Shown here: positions 1 through 10,795 of the stretch, piece by piece | Layout of the letters: each line of letters starts with the position of its first letter | How positions within the stretch are numbered: the first letter of the stretch is position 1 | Assembly (NCBI GenBank): GCA_000708835.1 | Contig: DF236951.1 | Coordinates: 434,101 to 498,100 of the forward strand | Reading direction: 5' to 3' | Length of the DNA: 64,000 bases | From: Klebsormidium nitens | Lineage: Eukaryota; Plantae; Klebsormidiophyceae | Made by a program: the position numbers and the translations under genes | Notes under the pieces: model-generated | The model's input: the letters and a program-made list of their open reading frames with translations, nothing else | The model's database searches: none | What the model was told of the DNA's origin: nothing

Positions 1-1158
1 GTATTTTCAGGGCCAAGTTCATCTGTCGACCAGATGCTCACGTTGTCAAAGAGGGGGCCGAAGTCGGCCAGAGTCGAACAGGTAGATGTTGAACCATACA
101 AGGATGATGTGGGGAAGGGCTTTGAAGTCAAACGAGGCAAATATTAGTCAGCTTGGGCATGTTTGATATGAGAAGGAAGCCACCTAATAGTTAACAGCAC
201 GCTTGCAAATATAGACTAGGACCGTTTGAAGAAAGAGATCAGGATTATCAATGTACGGTACTAATATGTAACTCTTTTTGTGATTTGAACTGGAATTTTA
301 GCTATACTGTTGTCCAAGTAACCCACCCTGGGACCAGCGGCAAGTTGCATGTGCTTAGATCGACGCGTTTCTGCAGAGTCTGGCACCCAACTTACGTACT
401 ATATGACTAACATGTTGATTGACTATATGTATAGGTTTGTCGCGATAATAGTCCGCCTCGTCAGGACCACCGTACGTCTGCATCAGGCCGCAATGCTGCA
501 GATTCGAGTAGCATGTACCGGGTCATGCATGATCAAGTTATCAGAAACCGGGTTCACATGAAAAACCATTCTCTTACAAAATATAAGCATGCCAGTGCGC
601 AGATTGCTGCCGGGCCTTGATCAAGAGTGTGATCGAATGAAAATTGCGGCCGCCATGCATCCTGTACTTGGTCGTCCGTATAATACAATCTCACATGTAT
701 CCAAAAGTGTTAATAACCTTCAATCTGCGGGCTGCTGTCTGGATTATGGTCATCGTGTATATACACTCACCCGCTTCGCTGCTCAAAAAGAGTTCCTCGT
801 GACGATGCATGCATGATCAGCACTGATTTCACAATCCGCTGGTTGTATCTTTTCCATTTACAACGAACATCGGATAATAGGATAGATAAATTAATCAGCT
901 TAAGTTTCCGCCAGTTCAAACATTCTGAACCTTGAAAGGCGGTCTTCTGGGTACTAAAGCTTGATCTAGTACAAAGAGCCAATACCTAGACCTTCCAAGC
1001 GTGCAAAACTTTACTTTCAGCTTATGACCATCCAATCTCTGCTTTCAAGTGCTTGCTCTACAAAGAATATGTTGGAAGAACTAGGGATACATAATCCCGT
1101 CTGTCTCACTAATCTGACGAGCTTGACTGACCTCGGGCCTAGATCCGTTTCCTTCCCC

Positions 1159-3558
1159 TCAGCTTGAGACGCCGCCGCTCTCTGTCTCCCTGAACTTCTT
1201 TTGAAGCACCACTTTGTACTCTAGGAAAGACCAGAAGCCGAGGCTTAGAATAGTGATGTTTGCACGAGGAAACAAGTGCAACGTACATTACAATACCAAA
1301 TGTCCGGTTGTACGTGCTCACCCGTATCCGATTGTCAAAGGTTTTCGGATGTCTGCCACTAACAAAACAGAATGAATGGTGTGCGTCAAGGTCTGATGCA
1401 GATTCCGTTTCAACACATTTTTCCACCACCCGTGAAGGACTTTCGAGTTTGCATGAATGTTTTCAGGCTCTCAGCCCGTAGTGGTCTGTTAGACTCTGAC
1501 AAAGAAAGATAAAAGAAACTTGCAACGTCTTGCACTCAAGTCACAGAAACCAGCAACTAGAAAGTAGGCACGGAGCACGGTTTGAGACGCGACCATGCTC
1601 ACCTTCCTGGTTCGGCCAAAGGGCCGCTGCATAGCCGTTAAGCGGGCTGTCGTTGTTCGGCTCCCCAAGCAAACTTTGGATGGACAGCAAGATTGTCCGA
1701 ACGTTGTAGACTGCGGACCATTTGTCCTGCAAAGGTCAAACAGGTCTGTCAGGCCAGTGTCTTGGAACACAACCTGCTCTAACACGAGTCTAGTCTGTTC
1801 AGTGACTGCTTTGAAGACCCTTCACTCAACACGAATGGATCACTGTTCTGATCTTGCTTCACCAAGCCAAACCCACACTCAAACGACTGGGTGTTCAACT
1901 GTTCGGAACAGCGATCATTCTCCTTTTACTACCATCCTTTTTTACGCCGAGCCGTGAGACCAGCAGATCAGCCACTATATTGCGGAATGCTGGCATCATA
2001 TGGAAAAGCATCGGTGGCTCAAACCATCTTATCACACTCATTGAACACCTCAAATTTGAGGCGACCTGGCACAACCCATGTCCTGCTCTGTATCCACGTC
2101 CCTCTTTTCACAATATTGACTCCCTTTTGCTCTTCAGCCTAGCTTGCAGACCAGTTGACAATTGCAAGCATGTATCTGACCCTACGGGTACTTCCAACTC
2201 AGCGTATGAGTACCCAGCTGAAGTAAGCAAAATTAGAAAGCCAAGAGAATCGATTTCCATACACTTCACGTGCTTAGCACCTCTCCATACCTCTGGTCAG
2301 GTTTGCACGGATGCCTCACTTGGTGTCAAAAACCCTGAAAACCCAACAGAAGCTGCGTCTCACAAAGTCAGGCGTCGCTGACCTTAAGGATGTCTAGGCA
2401 GATGTTGCCGTACTGGTCCACGTTTGGGTGAAAGCAGGGCGTCTCAAACCGCACCATGGGGGCCTTGAACGGGTAGTCGGTGGGGAACTTGAGCGAGAGC
2501 TTGTAGTTGAGGCCCTCGTAGACTGTCCCAACGCTGCCCTTTATTGTGCCCACCCAGTTGAATATGTTGTCTCCCTCAGGGAACGCGGAGATGCCAGCAT
2601 CACCGCTCGTCATGAGGGACATCAGCTCGCTCTGTAACCTGGATGAGGATGTCAGTGGAAGGTTTGAGATTGGATTTTCGGCGGCCTTGTTCTGATTGGA
2701 GGGCTGCTATGCAGGTGACCAGTTGGTTCTGCTTTGTTTGCTAAAAGCCTAGATGTTGCGCAACACGGGTATGATATTTCATGCCAGAAGAATCAGTGAG
2801 GAGGCACACTTTTTGCAGCGCGTTCTTGCACTTCTGCTTGAGAAGTGATTTGAGGCAAATGCCAGTTATTGCCTCCGAAGACAGCGAGCAGAAAGGGTTG
2901 CTCTGCATGCACACAAACCTCAAAGCTGGAATCAAGACGCAGCCAAGGTTCCAATCAAACTTTTCCGTCCTGACTACTGAAAGAGCTTCTTTTCACAGCA
3001 CAAAAGTTTACCGCAAAGAAAGATTTCCACTCCGCAGCATCACTTCTGTCTGAACCTCATCAATTTATTCAATAACACCGATCATTTGCCTTCTGTGCCA
3101 ACTTCTAAAAGTTGCCTCATGGGTATACATCTTGTTAATGCAGAGCATGGCCAGCCAACAAATGTGTGCTGCAGTTCCCAAGTTCTAAAGATACATGCAC
3201 CTTCTATAGCAGTAAGTGACAAGCATGAACGAGCCCAGACGGAGGCACTGTTGTAGAAACTGAAGTTTGGCAAGCATTGCATTCACCCTTCTGTTATGCA
3301 GGCCCCCATGCTAGCATTGGTGTGAGCCTAAGAAAAGGCTTACAGGGCCTTGCAATCTAGCATGCATCAAAGCACCAAGCGTCTGCTGCCCTTCTTGTAC
3401 TTGTGAAAATTGCGGTGAACAGTCTGATGAACCCAGGAATGTATTACTCACCGCCTGGCAACAGAGTGGCTGTCCACGGGCTTTGCTTCCATTCCAACCC
3501 TGGACTTTGCATTTGGAGACCGGGGGATGTCTGTTTGTACGTGATTTGCCTGAGCCAT
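1159..3558 (-). CDS. UBE2C: Ubiquitin-conjugating enzyme E2, UBE2C/UbcH10 (plant UBC19/UBC20) class; 4 coding exons
   Basis: Exons 3558-3452, 2638-2383, 1726-1603 and 1220-1159 join in frame at GT-AG sites. The product reads MAQANH...[41 protein letters not shown]...[68 protein letters not shown]...*. It has the HPN motif, the catalytic Cys in NICLDILK and the N-terminal extension typical of UBE2C. Confidence 0.95.
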
Positions 3559-4529
3559 CCTCCCTTCTGCTTTTGAAGAGCAGTCACTGTCAGTAACTAC
3601 CCAGCCCTCTGCAAAATACCACAAACCCGTTGTCCCACTATTTACACCCTCAGGCGTTCACAGACAAGCCCCCCAGAAGCCTCTCCCTCCCGTCCTACAA
3701 GTCTGCATCCCGCTTGCCAAGTAAGTTATCACAAGCAACGCTGTGTGTATGATAGTGTCCGTCTCCGCCAAAGCAGATTTTGAAGCACCGTGATGTTCCA
3801 CAATACGTTTGCTCCAAAGATCACCGTCTGCGGTCTCTTCTCGGCCACCAAACTAGATTCTTATCAAAGCGACGGAAGAAGGTACCTAGCCTGTGAGAAG
3901 AGCGCAAGCCAGGTCTGCCCTGCAGAAAAAACAACAATAATGGAGCCCTTGCGCCCTCTGCAGACTTCTCCTTTTGACTGCTTTCAGTGCAGCAGTTGAC
4001 TGCTTCGTTGCTGTTGACTGAGCACTCCCGTCAGGTTGACCAAGGCGACCGGAGTGTCAGTGTGTGCGTAAGCGCCGAAGCGAGAGTCGATTGACACCAA
4101 TTTACAGTGCCACAAATTTTTGAAATTTCATGAACCGTTGTTCGAGAGAATTCGAGCCGTCCTCTGTTTGCAAACAGAACTCCCGTAGCCGTCCATACAG
4201 CACGTGGAGCTTGCACGTGGTATGACCATGAGCGCATAAGCTATGTAGTATATCCAGAGCTCATGAGCCCACTGCATGGCACGGCGGGGCCTACACAAAG
4301 TGTTGCCAAGGAGGAGGAAAGCGAGAGGCCAGGAGCAGGAAGAGCACATTTGCGCAGAACAGCAGAAGCTCAGGACACCAGCAATAACAGGAACAGCAGC
4401 AGAAAGCAGGTACCTGTTTCAGCAGCTTTCACTCAAGTGAGACTGCAACAGGCCTATCACCTGAAAGTTTAGGTAGTGAATGAAACGGCACCTGCTTCGT
4501 TACATCATTGCCCCCCATTGCTTTTCAAA

Positions 4530-7500
4530 ATGGTCTCCACCAATGCTGCCTCAAATGGGACAGAGAAGTCCACAGTACAATCAAAGTACCCTGTACTGGA
4601 AACCACAAACTTTGGGACGGCAAGCAGCAAAGGCTCACCAGAAGCACGTAGGAGAGAGTCATCAGGATCAGAAAGGGATTTGCCGTCTGTTGATGACAGC
4701 AAAAAGATTGCTACTGCTGAAGTCATCCCAGCTGTACATGTATCAGGTAGTCACTACGAGATAGGGCATGGAATAGGGGAGCGATTTGCAGGGATGATCA
4801 AGAGCAGGTTTGAGAAAGATGAGAAGCTGAACGAGATCCTGCTACCATATGCAGCCACCGACGCAGGGCGCACGGTGGTTGATGAATTGAGCACAGAAAA
4901 CAAGTGAGAGACCTTTCCATAGGATGCGCTGAGCGTACAACTCTCATCGAGTCCTTCCTTTTTTTCTAACCCCTTAAACTTTGGTAGAATTGTCACCCGG
5001 TTCCACTCAAGAATCAGAATTAGGGTTTGATACATCGTTGTAAGCATCTGCCACTTTTAAACTTTCCTGATTGGAGATCTTGTTTGCCCTTGATATTTAG
5101 TTCTGAAACTACGACCTTTCTGCTCTTGAATCAGAGACCCAAAACCAGGCACTTCTAACTGCTTACGAGAGACACGTCACAATATGCAGAAAATGTTATC
5201 CACGGTACTGGGAGGAACTCCAAGGCCTTGCAGATGGGAGTGGCATAGCATTTCAGCAAGTAAGCACAAGTCGGTCCTGTCATTGCATGGTCAACTGTCT
5301 GCTACGCCATGGCAGTTGGCTGTGTTACTTAGTATCGGTTCGGACTTACGTCGGTTGAGCTATGTTCCCAACCATGGGGGCCGGAATTGCAAGAGCTTGA
5401 GTCCACAGTGATTCAATCAGAGTATTGCCACCTCAAAGTTTGGTACCAATCAATCAGAATCCTCAATCGATTTTGCTCAAGGTACAGTACGTACACCTTT
5501 CAACCTGCAGTCTGTTTGATTTCTGTAAGAGCATCAAGGTAGACTCCCTGCAGTTCTGATCACCTATTTCTTGTTCACTGTTTGGGGCCTGCTAGGTCAA
5601 GGATATGATACAGGCGATGCTTCGTGAAACATTGCAGTACTTGTAGGTGTGCCATGCAGTTAAATGCATACTTTGCTTTGGACCATCAAGTCGAGCTCTG
5701 TCAAACGTCGTGACAACCTGGGATAGTCCTGAGCAAGTCGTTTCTCCCTCTTGCTGCCACCTCCATCGATCCACGGTACCTTCTGTACGTTTCTTTGCCG
5801 AGTCATCCTGCAGAAATTCTTGAAAAAGGTGCAAACGCTTCTTAACCTAGAAGCGAAGACCTAAATATGGGTGCAGATACCCCTGGCAGATAGCAGGAGT
5901 TTGGTCCAAACCCTGCAGGTTTTGTTAATGAACATCTGGAAAGAGCTGTTCCTTCTGCTACCACCCCCGGACGCTCAGGCTGTTGCCGAAGAGCCGGACC
6001 ACTGTTCGGACGTCCTCATATGCAACGAGAATCTCGCAGTCGTGGGACATAACGAAGACGCTGCCGCCTCAGTAAGGGGCCACACGTAAGTACTGCTTCT
6101 TGACTCGTGAATAAGACTGGAGCGGCCAGGAGTGTTTGCAGATTTGACTTGATGCGAAGCACCATCCTTTTGTCTTTCTTCCTTTTCGGTTTTTGACGTG
6201 GTCAATCTTGCTCAGGGGAAAAGATCCCCATAAATCTCTCGTTTGATATACGTTGTGACATCCTGACGGATTGTCAAGGGGAAGTACTGACGTTTTCAAC
6301 TCATCGGATATGTTGGCAGAAAGGGTAGGCACGTAGACTGAGGTAGCATTGCTTGAATACATGCGGTGGATTCGAGGCTGGTCGAGGCTTGGACTTACTA
6401 GTTGGGGTCTTAGTGGACATTTCGCGAAGCCCGCAGTTTTCTGATCGAAGTCATCGAAGGGTCTTTCTTGGCTCGAACTCTGGATTCGAACGTGTTCTGA
6501 AGAACAACGGTGCAGGTCCTCTCGACGCCAACAATCTGACTTTGATGTTTTTTAATCATTCAAAAGGATCGAACTGCAGAAATGATGCCCTGGTCGCTCG
6601 AATCCAGGACCTGCTTCCTTGTTACCTTTCGCTCGCTCCTCTTTTCTTGAGCGGCTCTTGAAGTTCTGTTATTAGAGACTGGAGTGCACGACTTCGATCT
6701 TGCGTGCTGACCTTGTCGACCAGAGACATCAAACGGTTCAAGACTCGTTGAAGCTATTTGAAGGCTTCCAATTCAGAACCAGCTCGAAGTCGTCGCTTTT
6801 CTTGCGGCTCAATCTGTGGCGATTGAAAGGCTTCCAATCTAAACCTAGCTCGAAGTCGTCGCTGTTTCGCCGGCTCAAGCCGTAAGACTCTGCTGTAGTA
6901 TCTGGACCTTATCCAACGACAGAAAGTAACAACTTCACTCCCGTCTCGGTTCAGTTACCTCGTTTATGCCACGCTTCCTGACGGAGCCTCCTATACCGCC
7001 TTTACCTATTCGGGGGAGCTGTGTTGCCCCGCCTTTGGGTTCAACTCGCACGGCATGGTGAGTCTCGGCACCAATTGAAGACTTTTGCAAGAAGACAGAG
7101 CGAGCGGCAGGGTTACTTGGATAACCACCTCGAGACGGGGTAAGGTTAGAGTACAGGTTAAGAATGGATAAGGAGCGGAGCAGGTTGAGTGTGGGCTGGG
7201 CTGCCAAACGTAAGCCGCGAACTTCCTTTTTTGGAGCTTGCTCTCCCCACTTTTACGGGTTAGCACCGCTTGATTGACTTCGTGATGGGCAAAACATCCC
7301 TTGTTGTTCAGTTGCTTAGTACGCGCTGGACGGCAAGCCTCTAACCAGGCTCCGTTTTCAAGCCAAGACCCGGTTCGCTCACGAACAGCGCATCGATGCA
7401 GGCGTTTTCCTTGAACGCAGTGAACCCTACGGGCGTCAAGCCGGGCGGGGTCGCCCGGAACTTCGTCTCGAGGGATCTGCTGGAAGCACGGAGTCTAGAG

Positions 7501-9498
7501 GACGCGGTTCAGGTGAATCTGATCAAACCCAAATTCTGTATGGAAGGCGTCGTGTTACCCATAACGGCTCCGCGACCAGATAGCCCGTATGCCAGATTTC
7601 TGAGTTGCTAAACCGGGTGATCGATTCCTCGACGACTTTAAGGGCAGAGTATGCTGCGAAGGGGCCGCCGGGAATCCGGGTGGTCAGACGCCCTGTCTGT
7701 TACTCCGCCAACCCCAGAAAAGTAGGAATAGGAAGCATGCGTCAGAACCGGCGTACTTTGAAGCGGGTCCAACGAGAAGATGGAGAGGTTTAGAGGTACG
7801 ACCATCCCGGTTGAGGTTCTTGGTGACGAATTTGCCGTTGTCAGACGAGCTTCGGTGCGACCTCAAACGGCTTCGTATATCTCTGTGAGACCTTGATAGG
7901 CCCAAAGTCTGAGACATCCACGTCGTCATGTTGCTTGTGTACTTCTTCCGCGTTGCCTTTGCTGCTTCTGTTTCCTGTTCAGTGCGCGTGGCATCCCTTG
8001 GTTCTGCATATTCTGCACTGGGCATAAAGTGGGCGGCATTTGGCGCGCTTACTTTGCGGAACCCACATCCAAAGTTTAGGCGTGAAGAGGCTGGACCTTC
8101 GAAATTCGCTCTAGTATCTGCAGTTGACGTTCAAGTATTTCGTTTGTTCTCTCTAAGCCCGGCTGCGAGAATGGCGTTGCGGACAGGCAAGACCGTAACG
8201 TCTCCTGAGCTGCCTCCCGTGTTCATCCCTTCCCTTCCCTTTCCATTCCATCCTCACACCTTTGTTCTATTTTTCTCTCCAAGAGAGTGACACGTGTCCC
8301 CATCGCGGTCGGCCACAACTACAACATCATGGACTTCAACCAGCGGCGCATCGTGACCGTCGAGACCGCATCGGACGGCCGCAGCTCCGTCCTGGAGATC
8401 GGGCCGCACCCGTACTTCCACTCGAACCACTACCTCAGGCTGCCCCTACCCCAGGTGACGTCACGCATTGTCAATACCCTCTCGAAGCGCTTCTGACTTG
8501 TTGATGTTCTACTTTTTCCCAACAAATGAACGGGACGAGCATAAGGTACGTACCGCAGGCTTAAGCTCCTGATGCACCGTCGTTAGCAGAGTCGACTGGT
8601 CCTCATAAAAAGCCTGGCTACGGTACATCTCAACACTGCTGCGCGATGCCTTGTGAAAAGGGAACTCTCCCGTAAGATCAGCAGCTAAAGAGCTACCTCG
8701 CCCTCGTTGTTCGACCATGTTCCGGGGTAGTTCAGTTTCAAAAACGCGGACAACAATAGAAGACGACGAGTATGGCAGGTTCAACGTTGTAGAATTTCGC
8801 ATTGGCCCTGACCGCTCGGTCGCAAAGTGCCGTCTTTGTCTGACGCCAGGCTCCTTCGTTCCTGAAGTCACGCGCCCTTTCCTTGCTGACGTCACAATCA
8901 TTGCCTTTCCCCAGCGCACGCCTCCTACGACGGTCCGTCGGCTTGAACGCGCGGCCGTCCTCCGGCCGCCGGCGTCCATTTCGGACGTCCTTAGCATTCT
9001 AGGCGACGCTGCGGACGCTGAGTTTCCAATATACATGACAGGTAGGTCACGCTCTGGTCCAAATTTAGTGTTTAAGAATTGGGTTCTAGGGTTTAGGGTC
9101 AGGGTTTACCGTTGAATTGTCTACAATGTGGGACGCAGGAGGAATTTCTCTGCGAAGTGAACCGTGTCGGGCCGCAGATATACAAAGAAGACCAGTACGT
9201 GCTTCAAAATTTAGCTAAGAGCAACGGCATGGGCATGGATTAAAAACGATGAGGTCCAGCCCTCATCGTTAACAGGCCGTCGTAACAGGTTGAAAGTGGC
9301 GTCTTATCTGGAACGTCTATCGTCTCACAGTCATTTCAAATCATTTCGTTGATACTTGCTTGATCGTCGCCGTGTTATTTTGCAGGGCCTCTTTTGGTTA
9401 CTCTATGCAGCGCCTTGTTCGACCTCGACAGCCGGACTGTGACAATACTTGGCGGAAATCCGACTTTGCAGCACGTGCTTTTGAAAGAACGAATATGA
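4530..9498 (+). CDS. Peptidase C45 family Ntn-hydrolase (acyl-CoA:6-aminopenicillanic acid acyltransferase / tan-like); 8 coding exons
   Basis: Exons 4530-4903, 5190-5259, 5919-6085, 6955-7057, 7402-7512, 8284-8454, 8915-9041 and 9386-9498 join in frame at GT-AG sites. Motifs: HYEIGHGIGERF, YPRYWEELQGLADGSG, DHCSD (nucleophilic Cys), GHNED, YSGELCCPAFGFNSHG, HSNHY, TLCSALFDL. Confidence 0.88.
6760..6878. repeat. Degenerate ~53 bp direct duplication in intron 3 of the C45 gene
   Basis: gaaggcttccaattcagaaccagctcgaagtcgtcgcttttcttgcggctcaa (6760-6812) matches gaaaggcttccaatctaaacctagctcgaagtcgtcgctgtttcgccggctcaa (6825-6878). Confidence 0.8.
9081..9110 (+). repeat. Short degenerate telomere-like (TTTAGGG) run in the last C45 intron
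   Basis: gggttcta-gggttta-gggtca-gggttta: four G3 tracts. Confidence 0.45.
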
Positions 9499-10795
9499 AT
9501 CACGATAGGGTGTCCGAAGGGGAATATTAATCATGGCTCATACAGGTTGGGGTGCCGACATGCGTAAATTTCTGATAGGTGAATTGATAGGCGAATCCAG
9601 GGACCGACGATAGGTGCAAGCTGTTTTCATGCACGCCGGCAAGATTACGGATGCACCGAGCCAAACGAAGTCTGCTAGGATAATGGTAGATTTGACGTTT
9701 AATGAGCATGGGGAAACTGGGTATGTTAAGAATACGGTTGCGGCCCATATTCCGTGAAGACGCGACCGACAACAAAAAACGCAAGCGACTTGTAAGGTTC
9801 GATTTGGATCCAGTCCAATTCAGGTTGAAATAACAGGTTTGATCAGACACAATTCTCGATCTCCGGTCGCATTTGAGAATTTTTGATGATGCATTTGAAA
9901 CTTGTCAGCGCATCGTGTGCACATGATGCTCGAATTAGGTACATAGATCAGCAGAACTCCGCGGAAATCTGCACACCGGCCACAAGATATATGTTGCGTG
10001 CAGCTTAGAATTTCTAGGGCGGGTTCTGTCACGAGCTCCGTATAGCTAGGTCCAATTTGAATCTGCACAGCTGCCTAAGTTAAGGATCGATTTGCCAGCG
10101 CACTGGGTTGAGTAAAGTGCAGAGACAGCGCGCACGTGTTAAATAATCAATTGCTGATTACATAATGAGATATTGCGCAAATGATGATGGCAAATGAGTC
10201 CCCAGCGGAAGGGTATATGACCATGCGTCGGCCCGCGCGATATATGCGAACATTCTAACGGTATGTGCTAGCTAGCTCGAGACAATTTGATTTGTCATGT
10301 ACGTACATAATGGCCCGGCCCTGACGTGTTCTCATTTGCACCCACTTACATGCATCGCTGCCCATGCATGCTGATGTCTCGCGGCCACGCGGCTAAACCT
10401 AGAAATTGTTCAAGAGTGGATCAAGAAGTCTCAAAACCTTCCAAAAGTGTTTAAGCTAACTGGTATGGTATAAACCTCGAAGATTTCCAATAATATTCTA
10501 CCTTGCCGATCGATCAACCCGTAAGACATAGTCCCCAATCTTCCAGATCGAACAAACCGCAACTTGATCCTTTGCTCCTATAGCAATCAAACACGTGCTC
10601 AGGAGCATCTAGAACTAACGCCGCAGGCACGTTTATGCAATGCCCTTCTAGTCTACACTACAATGCTTTTGCAGCATTCCCAAAGCTTTGACAAGCACCT
10701 CGTCACTGAAAGTAACATGGGTCCAACCTGATTGAAGTCAAGGAAATTCACAATAGGCGCAACGCGTAGCTTAGCAACACATCTAACCGGCCCAA

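Noticed and set aside
1-1100. Short ORFs at the left edge
   Set aside because: No recognisable motifs or consistent splice-linked frames; treated as intergenic or UBE2C 3' flank.
9820-10068. Minus-strand ORF with two CxxC (CGRC...CTRC), zinc-ribbon-like
   Set aside because: It is an isolated 82-aa ORF with no ATG context or exon partners, and CxxC pairs arise by chance. It would need a profile hit.
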